From contig OZ241865.1 in assembly GCA_965203275.1 (NCBI GenBank), positions 1,792,001-1,856,000 on the forward strand: a stretch of 64,000 nucleotides of DNA, given 5' to 3'. The notes beneath the pieces were generated by a model. That model searched no databases, was not told where the DNA came from, and saw nothing but the letters and a program-made list of their open reading frames with translations. A program made the position numbers and the translations under genes. This DNA comes from Bdellovibrionales bacterium (GTDB lineage Bacteria > Bdellovibrionota > Bdellovibrionia > Bdellovibrionales > JAUICD01). This document shows, one piece after another, positions 20,266 through 30,456 of the stretch (positions within the stretch are counted from its first letter, which is position 1; the number at the start of each line of letters is the position of its first letter).

Positions 20266-20296
20266 AAAAAGCCCTCGTGGTGATGAGGGCTTTTTA
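20266..20296 (-). terminator. Rho-independent terminator (bidirectional form)
   Basis: AAAAAGCCCTC-GTGGTGAT-GAGGGCTTTTT downstream of the OMP gene. Confidence 0.8.
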
Positions 20297-20354
20297 ATTT
20301 GTAAAAGAAGAAGAAAATTATGAAAATGGTTTTTTGTTTGAATGTGGTTGTTTG

Positions 20355-21125
20355 CTAGCCAAAGAACCAACCAACACCTAATGTTACATATAAACCATTG
20401 AACTTAAGCTTTTTAGTTTTAGCATCTTCACCTGTACCTTCTCTAGCTAAGGAAGTAGCACTACAATCGGCTAGAGCAACATCACCGGTGGCTGTTTGGC
20501 ATTTTAAATCACCAAATGAAAGCAGATCATAACCTGCTTCGACTTTAGCTAAAAGATTTTGATTGATCTTATAACCTAGCTCCAAGCCTGCTTGACCGCC
20601 AATAGATTGCCATAAAAATTGCCTACTCTTAATTTCGTAATTAACATTAGTAGGAGCAATACCACTATGTGAATAGACTAGAGACTTCCAAATATCTAAA
20701 CCTACAACGGCCCCTACAAAAAACTGATCCAAATGAAATCTGTAATTCAATAAGAGAGCGACACGATGATGAGTGAATTTATATTTATCATCAGCAGAAG
20801 GAGTATCATTTCCACCTGCATCTACAGGGTCTTTTTCGCCTGTAAAGGCCAAACGATAACGGACACCTAATCCTAAGCTAGCTGCATCCATCATTTGACG
20901 ATATAAAACATCTGCCCCTAAATGAAAAGGACGATTTTTCTGTTTGGCATTAGGGATGCCTGATCCTTCACCTCTTACTTCATCAAGATTCAATTCCCCA
21001 AAATTCATACCAAAATGAGCAGAAAACTCAGCATTTCCTAAAGCTGTATCAGCTAAGCTAAAACTGCCCAGAAAAACAGCTACATACATTAAACTTTTTA
21101 TTTGTTTTAAATTGAGACTTAACAT
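20355..21125 (-). CDS. Outer-membrane beta-barrel protein, paralog 1
   Basis: Signal peptide, amphipathic beta strands, C-terminal GVGWFFG; paralog of 35695-36438. Confidence 0.8.
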   Translation of the reverse strand: MLSLNLKQIKSLMYVAVFLGSFSLADTALGNAEFSAHFGMNFGELNLDEVRGEGSGIPNAKQKNRPFHLGADVLYRQMMDAASLGLGVRYRLAFTGEKDPVDAGGNDTPSADDKYKFTHHRVALLLNYRFHLDQFFVGAVVGLDIWKSLVYSHSGIAPTNVNYEIKSRQFLWQSIGGQAGLELGYKINQNLLAKVEAGYDLLSFGDLKCQTATGDVALADCSATSLAREGTGEDAKTKKLKFNGLYVTLGVGWFFG

Positions 21126-21787
21126 AATAAGTACCCCCTAATAATGTTAGTTAAATTTTTAATTTATACATAATAAACAATTACCGACCTCCATGTCAAT
21201 AATAACTGCACCTTATGTTTAATTACAAATACCTTATTACTTTATCGACATGGACCTAAATTAATTAAAATTTATTTTATGTTTTTTCACGCATATAACA
21301 CTCCTTTGCTTTGATTTTCGGTTTATTCTTTAAATCCTTAAAATTAAAGGATTATCCTTTACATTATTAATTAATTCATTTTGTATCATTTTGCAACACT
21401 TTTTTATTTATATTTTTTATTTATACAAGATAACTTCTCATTTGTTGTTATATTCTAATAAACTTGATATTTTCTCTTTAAAATCAAATAATCCACAAAC
21501 TAAACAATAAATACTCTATCCTTATTACACCTTCACAATATCTCTTTTTAGCTTAAAACCTTGCTTTTAAGCAAGGTTTTATTAAATTTGATTTATAGAT
21601 TTTATTTTAATCACTTATATATTTACTACCTTAACCTTTAAAAACTTTCAGTCATAACCTTATATAAACATATTTATATTCATTGTACAAGCAATTTTAA
21701 AATTAATTCATTTTAAAACAGCTTTTTATATCATCATATCACAAAAAATACTACATAAGTGTCTCTTTTTGATACATTTCGTTCATT

Positions 21788-22286
21788 TTTCACTAAAAGT
21801 GGTCTGACCTCTGGTCACTTTTGGGCAATGACCGCAAAGGCTTTCGCCTTTGACAAAATGGTCATCTGGTTCACTAAAAGTAAACCAGCCTCTGGCTACT
21901 TTTGGGTAGCCAGCCGAAGGCTATTCGCCTTCTTAAATGCTGGCTACCTCAAAAGTCCGTTTACTTTTAGTAGAGAGGATATCCTCATTTTTTAACACGA
22001 TGTTAAGGAAACAAGATATCCATTCCCGGGATCAGGCAATCAGGCATCCCGGGTCCCGGAATCTGATGCCAAGTCCCAGATTAACACAAAGTTCCTTTAT
22101 CGCAACTCGCATGCTCCCTAAAAACATTTTAGAAGCATATCTTGTTTCCCTAACATGGTGTCAGAAGCAAGGAGATCCGCTCTACTCAAAATGAGCAGAT
22201 TTTTGAGGTATTGCTCTTTTTAGACAGCGATAGCTGTCAGAGCAATGCCCAAAAACACACCAGAGGTGTGGCTCATTTTGAGTGAG
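21788..22286. repeat. Composite modular repeat locus (truncated H, H, J, G, J, H)
   Basis: H ~21870-21972(+), ~22182-22285(-); G array ~22025-22080. Confidence 0.9.
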
Positions 22287-22417
22287 AAAAGTTCCTTCTT
22301 TGTCAAGCTGACTTTAATTAAAAAACATGATTTTTATATAATATCAAGTGAAAAAATCATTTTTTTTATTAAAACATTAAAAATTATTGAAAATTGAAAA
22401 TAATGGCACATTTTGAA

Positions 22418-23455
22418 TTATTTTGCCTTGTTTTTTGATTGACTTTTTTCAGAAAGTAAAAGCTCTATAAACATCAACAATAAAGCTATGGCTAATAAGA
22501 TTTGAAACTGCTCTTGATAATTAACAATTTGCTCTTCTTCAAATTCTCTTTGCTCTAGTTGATTAAGAGCGTCAACCAATAACTCCACCTCATCCCCTTG
22601 AAAGCTAGCATAAGTAAAATGCCCCTGCCCTACAGAAGCTAACTGCTGTAATAACTTATCTTGCACCTGAGATAAAACAATATTTGTAGCTTTGTCTTTT
22701 TTATAACCTATAAACTGACCAAACTGATCTTTCATAGGTATAGGTACAGGTTTGTCCATCCCTACAGCTATTGTATAAATATGTAATCCCATATCTGCAA
22801 GGGTTCTGGCTGTCTCTAAAGCTCCTTCTTCATTATCCTCTCCATCGGAAATAATAATAATCACCCGACTTGTATGCTTTGTTTTAGGACCTGTATCCTC
22901 CTGCTCAAAACTGCTAGCAGCAATATTTAATGCTGGTGCAAATTGTGTCCCCTGTGTACTCATCAAAGAGGTTGAAATAGCATCAATATACATAGCCAGT
23001 GTGGAATAATCAGAAGTCAAAGGTGATATCAAAACAGCCGAACCAGCAAATGCCACAAGCCCTGCCCTATGACCTGCTAATTTATCTAAAATCCTCTTAA
23101 GAGTTTTTTGAGCTAAGTCCAATCGGTTGGGTTTAATATCCTCTGCTAACATACTCAAAGACACATCAATAGCAAAGATGATTTCAATGCCTGATCTTTG
23201 AATTTTTTCCGCAGTTCCTTCAAACTGAGGCCTTGCATAAGCCATCACCAATAAAGTAAAAACTAAACACTCTAAAATCCACTTAATGTTTTGCTTCCTC
23301 ACAGAAAGTGTCTTGATTAAAGAAGGCAAGCTCTTACCAAATAAAAGCTTTATTCTTTTTTGTTGCCTCTGACTAAAAAAAATCACAAGAGGGATAAAAG
23401 CAACAAGTAACCAAAGTAAATGCAAGGCCTGAAAAGATTCAAATCGAAAGTTCAT
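22418..23455 (-). CDS. batB: VWA domain protein, BatB-like
   Basis: ARPQ, DVSLSM MIDAS, SDGE; start MNFRF overlaps the batA stop (ATGA). Confidence 0.85.
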   Translation of the reverse strand: MNFRFESFQALHLLWLLVAFIPLVIFFSQRQQKRIKLLFGKSLPSLIKTLSVRKQNIKWILECLVFTLLVMAYARPQFEGTAEKIQRSGIEIIFAIDVSLSMLAEDIKPNRLDLAQKTLKRILDKLAGHRAGLVAFAGSAVLISPLTSDYSTLAMYIDAISTSLMSTQGTQFAPALNIAASSFEQEDTGPKTKHTSRVIIIISDGEDNEEGALETARTLADMGLHIYTIAVGMDKPVPIPMKDQFGQFIGYKKDKATNIVLSQVQDKLLQQLASVGQGHFTYASFQGDEVELLVDALNQLEQREFEEEQIVNYQEQFQILLAIALLLMFIELLLSEKSQSKNKAK

Positions 23456-24459
23456 GGTCCTATCCTCACAAAAATATGCCTTAAAAGAAGCGACAAACCT
23501 AGAAGCCATAAAGCCCAGTGCAAATAAGGTTGAAAGCTCTCTTGGTAAAACATAAAGCTTTGAGTTTCGATCTCGGATTTTTCTAATTGATCGATCGCAG
23601 AAAAAATTTCTCCAAGAGCTTGATGATTTGTTGCCCTAAAATACTTACCGCCTGTTTGAGTTGCTAACCGAGTTAAAAGCTCATCATTAACTTTACTGTG
23701 AATGCTCTGGTAAGCCTTTCGCTTATTGCCAAATATGTCTTGATAATAAACAGGGATTTTAGCCATGCCGTCCTTCCCAACACCAATCGTATAAATACGT
23801 AAACCATAACCCTTTGCCATATCCAATGCTGTTTCAGGGTCAATCGTTCCACTGTTATTCTCTCCATCAGTCAGTAAAATCACCACACGACTTTCTGCCT
23901 TTGAATCTTTTAATCGTCCTACACTGTTAGCCAAAGCTACACCAATAGCTGTCCCCATTTTAACAGATGAAATAGTTTGGACACTTTTTAGTCTTTCTAA
24001 AAGTACAACATAATCTAAGGTCAAAGGCACTTGTGTAAAAGCCTCCCCTGAAAAAAGCACTAACCCCATACGATCAGAAATTCTATTTTGAATAAATTCT
24101 TCAATGATTCTTTTAGCAGATTCTAAACGGCTATGAGGATTCATGTCTTCAATTAACATAGAATCAGAAATATCCAGAGCAATGACAATATCAATGCCTT
24201 CCACATCTTGAGAAATATGAGTTTGAGAGATGCGAGGACGAGCTAATGCTATGATGATCAAAATCATAACAAGTATTTTTAAAATTAAAGGACATTCTGA
24301 TAAATAAGAACGGAAACCCTTAGGAACATCCTTAAAAACTCTAACATAACTATATTGTAAAGTTGAAATTCTTGTGTGTCTTTTGTAAAATAAAAACAAC
24401 ACAAGCAGAGTCAAAGGAATAAAAGCTATAAACCACAAAGGGGAAAACCATTCAATCAT
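23452..24459 (-). CDS. batA: VWA domain protein, BatA-like
   Basis: LARP, DISDSM, GTAIG, LLTDGENNSG, TGGKYFRA. Confidence 0.9.
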   Translation of the reverse strand: MIEWFSPLWFIAFIPLTLLVLFLFYKRHTRISTLQYSYVRVFKDVPKGFRSYLSECPLILKILVMILIIIALARPRISQTHISQDVEGIDIVIALDISDSMLIEDMNPHSRLESAKRIIEEFIQNRISDRMGLVLFSGEAFTQVPLTLDYVVLLERLKSVQTISSVKMGTAIGVALANSVGRLKDSKAESRVVILLTDGENNSGTIDPETALDMAKGYGLRIYTIGVGKDGMAKIPVYYQDIFGNKRKAYQSIHSKVNDELLTRLATQTGGKYFRATNHQALGEIFSAIDQLEKSEIETQSFMFYQESFQPYLHWALWLLGLSLLLRHIFVRIGP

Positions 24460-25463
24460 ATATTGTCCTTTTTTTTCTGAGATGCAATTTCATTAGCAAG
24501 GCTTTTAGATAAAGATAAATTTTGATAGCATTCTTCTTGAGATGGAATGTCTTTTGTGGATTGACTGCTACGATCAAGCTCGTAAAGCATATTCTTTATA
24601 CGATTTAAAAGCTCTGAATGGAGTTTGGCCTTTTTAAGATATTTTGAAGATTTTTGCAAAGACCAAATATGTGCTGGAAAGTGCATTTCCACAGCTAAAA
24701 ACCTACGAAAAATATCATTGAGTTTTATACAAAAAGTATACCTGTTATCTTGATCTACCTGTTGGCTTTCTTGCTCTTGCTTTTGCTCTTGCTCGCTAGA
24801 AGACTGAATATCATTTAACAAAGAGTTTTTTATTCCACTGTTGAGGGTTGTGGGCATATTCAAATATTTTTTTTCTAACTGCTTTGCTTTATGATGAAAC
24901 TCATAAATAGGGCTACGCAGTGTTTTAAGATTTGCAATATCGTTAAATTCTTTTTTTCTTTTGTGCATTTTTCTGGCAATCCAAATGAAGCTACCTAAAA
25001 GCAATAACAAACTACCAATCCAAAGAGCTATTTCCCAATAAGGTAAAGGCATTTTGACAAAACCATACAAAGGATTGATTTGTATTTGAGATGTATCATG
25101 GCTTGCTTTTTGGGGTAAGGAGGATTTAACTTGCCATGAAATGCCTTTGAGTTCAATAAGAGTTTGGTCTTTTTGTAGAAACAACCCTTGATTATAATTT
25201 CCTGGAATATAAGAGGTCACTTCTATCAGAAACACTTGATCTGAATCTGAAGAAGATATAACCTTAAGAGGTTTTAAAATATACTGTGACCAAGGATGGT
25301 CTTTTAAAATAATAGATATATCTTCTATTGTTATATTATTAGAAATAATGTTTTCCATAGAGTTTTTATTAGAACATTGTAGGTAAAATTTTTCACCTAC
25401 AGTGAGACCTTCAAGGGAAGGGCCAAAAGGCCCTTGAGGTGTATGAGATACTTGGCAGTCCAT
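24456..25463 (-). CDS. Single-TM hypothetical protein of the Bat cluster
   Basis: Position between DUF58 and batA; one TM segment. Confidence 0.7.
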   Translation of the reverse strand: MDCQVSHTPQGPFGPSLEGLTVGEKFYLQCSNKNSMENIISNNITIEDISIILKDHPWSQYILKPLKVISSSDSDQVFLIEVTSYIPGNYNQGLFLQKDQTLIELKGISWQVKSSLPQKASHDTSQIQINPLYGFVKMPLPYWEIALWIGSLLLLLGSFIWIARKMHKRKKEFNDIANLKTLRSPIYEFHHKAKQLEKKYLNMPTTLNSGIKNSLLNDIQSSSEQEQKQEQESQQVDQDNRYTFCIKLNDIFRRFLAVEMHFPAHIWSLQKSSKYLKKAKLHSELLNRIKNMLYELDRSSQSTKDIPSQEECYQNLSLSKSLANEIASQKKKDNI

Positions 25464-25493
25464 AAAATCTTTTAGTCGTCATTTGAGGTTTTA

Positions 25494-26480
25494 TTATTTT
25501 CTTTTACGTCTTCTAAAATAATTCACTAGTGGAGCAACTAAGTCTTGATTTGATTTAATTTCAATAATATCAACATTAGCTTTTTTTAAATTATACAGGC
25601 ACTTTTTGTGTCTATCTATGGCTTTATTTTGGTATTGTTTTCTCACAATGGGGTCTGATGTATCTACTATCATTATTTGATTTGTTTCTGGATCTTGGAT
25701 ATGAGTTAAGCCTATTAAAGGTAGGTTTATTTCTGTAGGGTCTGTGACTTGTACAGCAACAACGTCATGCTTTTGAGCTAGTATAGATAAGCTTTTTTCA
25801 AAATTTTGATCTAAAAAATCAGAAAAAATAAATAGTGATGATCTTTTTTTAAGAACATTCATCAGGTATTCAAAAACTTCACTTAAATGAGTGCCTTTTT
25901 GTTGAGGGATAAAGTATAAAATATCATGCAAAATTTGATATATATGTTGTCGGCTTTTTTTAGGAGGTAAAAAATGCTCTACTTGATTTGAAAATAAAAG
26001 CAACCCTACGCAATCTTTGTTTTTAATAGCGGTCAAAGCAAGCATTGCAGATAGCTGAGTCATAATGTCTTTTTTTAAGTGGGGGCCAGCTCCATAATCA
26101 GATGAACCACTTACATCTACGACAAGTATCATAGTGAGTTCTCTCTCTTCGTCATATTTTTTTATATAAGGTTTACCTGCTTTAGCTGTGAGGTTCCAGC
26201 TAATATGGCGAATATCATCGCCAGGGATATATTGTCTGAAATCAGCAAAAGTCATCCCCTGCCCTTTAAAGCTTGTTTTGTACTCTCCTGCAAATAGAGA
26301 ACTCACTAGCTTTTTGACATTGATCTCTAATAATTTAACTTGTTTTAAAAACTCATTGGAAAAGGCTGGTCTCTTAGAGCTGGACATCTTTGATGTAAGT
26401 GTTTCTGATAATTGTTGGGTTGTTTTGTTTTTTTTAAAAAACATATTCATTTTGTTTATTCCCTTAAAAGTAAAAAGCAT
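25494..26480 (-). CDS. DUF58 / VWA-like protein
   Basis: GEYKTSFKGQGMTFADFRQYIPGDDIRHISWN, DVSGS, SDF; true start may be downstream. Confidence 0.9.
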   Translation of the reverse strand: MLFTFKGINKMNMFFKKNKTTQQLSETLTSKMSSSKRPAFSNEFLKQVKLLEINVKKLVSSLFAGEYKTSFKGQGMTFADFRQYIPGDDIRHISWNLTAKAGKPYIKKYDEERELTMILVVDVSGSSDYGAGPHLKKDIMTQLSAMLALTAIKNKDCVGLLLFSNQVEHFLPPKKSRQHIYQILHDILYFIPQQKGTHLSEVFEYLMNVLKKRSSLFIFSDFLDQNFEKSLSILAQKHDVVAVQVTDPTEINLPLIGLTHIQDPETNQIMIVDTSDPIVRKQYQNKAIDRHKKCLYNLKKANVDIIEIKSNQDLVAPLVNYFRRRKRK

Positions 26481-26483
26481 TTT

Positions 26484-27902
26484 TTAATTTCTTAAGTTTT
26501 GTAGACGCATATTTCTATAATCTAAAAGTCTTTTTTGTAGCTCATAACACTGAGAACATACTTCAAAGTCGTTGATAGTTTTTCTTATCTCTATAAGTTC
26601 AAATAATACGTTTAAAAACTCATAACGATCATAATCTTCTACAAAGGCTCTGGCATGTTTTTTTGCTATTTCTGCTTCTAGTTCATTTTTTTTCATTGTA
26701 AAATGTTCAAGAACTTCATTTAAAATATGATATTGATTTCTTAAATTTTTATCCTCTATGCCTGTAGAAAATACCTCTCGTATTTCGTCAACTCTTTGTT
26801 TGACGCTCCAATACTCATTGAGATGATGTTCTAAATAAATATTAAATTCCTGTTCTAATAAATTATGCTCAATACTTCCAGGAGTCAAACGAGATATTGC
26901 ATCTAATTTATTAATGATTCTTGAGCGATAATTGTGTAAGCGAGTAGGCCAAAAGCTTTGCTGTATATTATTAAACATTGTTCCTGTTAAGTCAACTAAA
27001 GTAGAGTTATTAGCAGCCTGAATTGTAGCTTGTTGGGTTTTATGTTCTTCTCGAATACGACTGTAGAAATAAAGCCCTGTAGGGAGAGCTATTCCAGCTG
27101 TGCCACCTGCCCATATCCACTTGTGTCTTTTAACGTTGTCAGCTAAGAAGTCATAACGGCTTTTTAAAATTTTAGATACTCTTGTGTTAGATAAAACTTG
27201 ATAAAATGACCTTCGAGAAAGTGCATTTAAAGCAAGCCTTAAAGATTTGAATAACATCCCTCCTGTCAAGAATGATATACTGATCCCTGTAAAAGCTCCT
27301 GCTTGAGTTATATTTCTGTCTAAATCTAAAATAATATCTTTCATGGTATGAGCAAATTGCTCTGTGTCATTGTATTGATAGTACTTAGCACAATCTATAA
27401 GCCCTTCCTTAAATGTAGGTCTATTGACTAAATAAATGAGATATTGTGTCAAGCGGGGCCAAAATGTATCACCATGATAGAGAGGTCCTATGTTTAAAAG
27501 TGGCGGGAAAAAAAGTAAATGGTTACCTGCACTGAAAAAAGCACGAGCTTGAATCAAAGCCCATTCTTGGCTACCTTCTGTGATCAATTTTGCTTTATGG
27601 CTATTTGTCATTTCTGGATGAACAGGTGTATCATTGAGTATAGCTTTGACCCATCCATCGATAGACATAAAGTTTTTAGTATTGGTCATCAAGGAGTGAC
27701 AAAGAGCCTGAGCCTTTCTATAGGCGACGGCTTCTAAATAGACAGCAAACTCAGGAGTAATGTTGGATTGACAGTAGAGTTGATCTCCTGGGCATTGAGC
27801 TTCTGCTATTTGGTAAAGCTCTACACTATTGAGTTCTTGACTGAAGCTCTGTGTGGATATTATTAAACTTAAGGTTAAAATAAATAATTTTTTCTGTTTC
27901 AT
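26484..27902 (-). CDS. Hypothetical exported protein
   Basis: ATG 27902 (MKQKKLFILTLSLIISTQSFSQ) gives a signal peptide; no recognised domain. Confidence 0.75.
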   Translation of the reverse strand: MKQKKLFILTLSLIISTQSFSQELNSVELYQIAEAQCPGDQLYCQSNITPEFAVYLEAVAYRKAQALCHSLMTNTKNFMSIDGWVKAILNDTPVHPEMTNSHKAKLITEGSQEWALIQARAFFSAGNHLLFFPPLLNIGPLYHGDTFWPRLTQYLIYLVNRPTFKEGLIDCAKYYQYNDTEQFAHTMKDIILDLDRNITQAGAFTGISISFLTGGMLFKSLRLALNALSRRSFYQVLSNTRVSKILKSRYDFLADNVKRHKWIWAGGTAGIALPTGLYFYSRIREEHKTQQATIQAANNSTLVDLTGTMFNNIQQSFWPTRLHNYRSRIINKLDAISRLTPGSIEHNLLEQEFNIYLEHHLNEYWSVKQRVDEIREVFSTGIEDKNLRNQYHILNEVLEHFTMKKNELEAEIAKKHARAFVEDYDRYEFLNVLFELIEIRKTINDFEVCSQCYELQKRLLDYRNMRLQNLRN

Positions 27903-27932
27903 TTTTTTACTCAAAATACATTATGCCATCTT

Positions 27933-28137
27933 TTTCACTAAAAGTAAACTGACTTCTGGCCACTTTCTGGCGATGACCACTTTTAGTAGGGAGGATATCT
28001 TCGTTTCTTAACCACATGTTAAGGAAACAAGATGTTCACTCCCGGGATCTGGGATCCGGCAATCAGGCATCCCGGATTCCGGAATCTGATGCCGGGTCCC
28101 AGATCCCAGATCCCGGATTTACACCATGTTAAGGAAA
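27933..28137 (+). repeat. Composite repeat: internally deleted H, J, gene-less inverted GGGATC array, J
   Basis: H deletion joins two GACC microhomologies; GGAAACAAGATGTTCACTCCCGGG is the near reverse complement of the downstream boundary of the four-helix-bundle cassette (~47220-47243). Confidence 0.88.
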
Positions 28138-28285
28138 AAAGGGCTTGATAGAAATAGTAAATTTTACCTTCTAACCCTGTAAATTCTGCTTGCTTTTAAA
28201 AAGCTTGACATGGTAATCAATCGATTATAAAATAATAAAAACACTTGTGGATTATTATAATAGAATAGATTGAGGGCAAGAGGCT

Positions 28286-28996
28286 ATGGGGGCAGATATG
28301 GCTAATCAAAACAACAAAAAGAAAAAAGAATCTGATCATACACCTGAAGCAGTGTGGAAGGCACTGAAAGAAGTTATTGCTGTGCAGAAAAATCTAGCTC
28401 AAAAAATAGACGAGACACGTCAAAATATAGACAAGGTGAGTAAAGAGACACGGCAAAGTATAGACAAAGTAAGTAAACAGACACAGCAAAATATAGACAA
28501 AGTGACAAGACAGACAGCAAATAATATTAATAAATTAAGAGGTGATTGGGATCATAGATGGGGTGATTTTGTAGAGATTCTTATTTCTGACAATGTAGAA
28601 AGGCTATTTGAAGATTATGGGATCATCAAAGGCAAGGTAGAAACTGTCAATAAAAGAGTTTATCGCTCTGCGAATGGTATCACTCTGTTTGAGTTTGATT
28701 CTATCACCATCAATGGTGACAAAGTCATTATAACAGAAGCTAAAAGGACAATGACAAAAACAAAAGTAAAAAAATTTATTAAAAAAGTACAAAGTTTTCT
28801 GGCTATCAAAGACAATGAATTTTCCAATAAAAAAGTTTACATTGCTATAGGTTATTTAAAAGCAGACAATGAGAAGCTCCTTATCAAATATGCAGAGAGA
28901 CAGGGATTATTTGTGATTAAGGCAGTTGGTGACAGTGCTAAACTTGTGAATTCACCTCAAACTTTCAAACCCAAGCAAGTGAACTTAAATTTGTAA
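28286..28996 (+). CDS. Coiled-coil protein with C-terminal PD-(D/E)XK nuclease-like domain
   Basis: 11-aa repeats ETRQNIDKVSK; WGDFVE...EFDSITINGDKVIITEAK. Confidence 0.7.
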   Translation: MGADMANQNNKKKKESDHTPEAVWKALKEVIAVQKNLAQKIDETRQNIDKVSKETRQSIDKVSKQTQQNIDKVTRQTANNINKLRGDWDHRWGDFVEILISDNVERLFEDYGIIKGKVETVNKRVYRSANGITLFEFDSITINGDKVIITEAKRTMTKTKVKKFIKKVQSFLAIKDNEFSNKKVYIAIGYLKADNEKLLIKYAERQGLFVIKAVGDSAKLVNSPQTFKPKQVNLNL

Positions 28997-29111
28997 TTCT
29001 TTGAATTTGTAATTTCCTGCTCCATCACATCAAACTCGCCTACCTTTAAACTTGAGTTTGATAGATGATTTCATTGAGTTGATTTATGTAGTTTCTATTG
29101 AACTATAATTT

Positions 29112-29546
29112 TTATACGTTGAGTCCAACTAAAACAAGTTTTACCCAAAAAGTCAATGCAGTCACAGCAAGTGTACTTAAAGCAAATAAGATGATGGTTA
29201 TTCTAATGATCAAAGAATATTTGAGAAGTTCTATTTCTTTCTTTGTATCAGCTTTTAGTTGTTCTATATCTTTCTTTGTATCGGCTCTTAGTTGTTCTAT
29301 ATCTTTCTTTGTATCTCTCCTTAGTTGTTCTATATCTTTCTTTGTATCTCTCCTTAGTTGTTCTATGCTTAAATGCACTTGCTCTATATCTTTCTGAATA
29401 AGCAAGATGTCTTTTTTATCAGCTAGATGTTGAAATCTATTATCTTTTTCTTTGTGTAGGTCAATTAAAACAGTAGCTTGTTGCTCTGTAAAGCCGTTAT
29501 CTTGCAGATGTTGGATTAAGTTAAAATCTATTGTTGGTTGTCTCAT
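29112..29546 (-). CDS. DUF1640/CCDC90-like coiled-coil membrane protein with 33-bp tandem repeats
   Basis: LQDNGFTEQQA head, KKDIEQLRRDT-type repeats x4, C-terminal TM. Confidence 0.75.
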   Translation of the reverse strand: MRQPTIDFNLIQHLQDNGFTEQQATVLIDLHKEKDNRFQHLADKKDILLIQKDIEQVHLSIEQLRRDTKKDIEQLRRDTKKDIEQLRADTKKDIEQLKADTKKEIELLKYSLIIRITIILFALSTLAVTALTFWVKLVLVGLNV

Positions 29547-29712
29547 ATTTTTTTACTCCATATATGCCATACATGCCTAAACAAAAAATCTTGTATTAAC
29601 AAACCTTTGATTATATATATTAATATACACAATTTTGATATTTTTGTCAATAATATTTATAAAACATAAAAAATGGACACTTGATATTAAAATTCACATA
29701 TAAAGTAAAGGG

Positions 29713-30456
29713 GTGTTCAGTATGAAATCTTTGGCATTAAAAAATGGTAATTGTTATAAGTTACTAGCAGAAATACCAAATCAGTCAGTGGACCTTATCT
29801 TAACAGACCCTCCTTATAATTTAAACCCTTATTCTACAGGCAATATTAAGTGCAAATGGCGATCGGATTTTAATAATGATATTGCTTCATGGGATGCAGA
29901 TCAGCTTAAAATTCATCTACTTCAAAAGGAGTTTAAAAGGATTCTTAAGCCTACAGGTAATATTTTTATTTTCACAACTTATAATTTACTAGGTGACTTT
30001 CATAAAACATTTGATCCAGTATTTGATGTATTTCAAATCATGGTGTGGCACAAAACCAATCCTCCACCTAAACTTAGGAAAACAAGCTTCCTTAATTCTT
30101 GTGAGTTAATATGTTGTATATGGAACAAAGGGCATACTTGGAACTTCTTATCACAAAAACAAATGCATAATTTTTTTGAAAGCCCTATTTGTATGGGGAA
30201 AGAAAGACTCAATCATCCCACTCAAAAACCAGTCAAATTATTAAAGCATATTATTGACATAGCTTCTCGTGAAAAAGACATCGTGTTGGATCCCTTTATG
30301 GGTGTGGGGAGTACAGGGGAAGCTAGTCTTGGAATGGAGAGAAGTTTTATAGGATTTGAAATTGACTCTAATTATTTTCAAAAAGCAAAACAAAGATTAA
30401 CTCTTTATCATTGCCAATATCAGCCTTTTACAAAGGAGGCTTTAAAGCCTCTTTAA
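29713..30456 (+). CDS. DNA N6-adenine/N4-cytosine methyltransferase (beta class)
   Basis: TDPPY, HPTQKP and VLDPFMGVGST motif order. Confidence 0.92.
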   Translation: MFSMKSLALKNGNCYKLLAEIPNQSVDLILTDPPYNLNPYSTGNIKCKWRSDFNNDIASWDADQLKIHLLQKEFKRILKPTGNIFIFTTYNLLGDFHKTFDPVFDVFQIMVWHKTNPPPKLRKTSFLNSCELICCIWNKGHTWNFLSQKQMHNFFESPICMGKERLNHPTQKPVKLLKHIIDIASREKDIVLDPFMGVGSTGEASLGMERSFIGFEIDSNYFQKAKQRLTLYHCQYQPFTKEALKPL

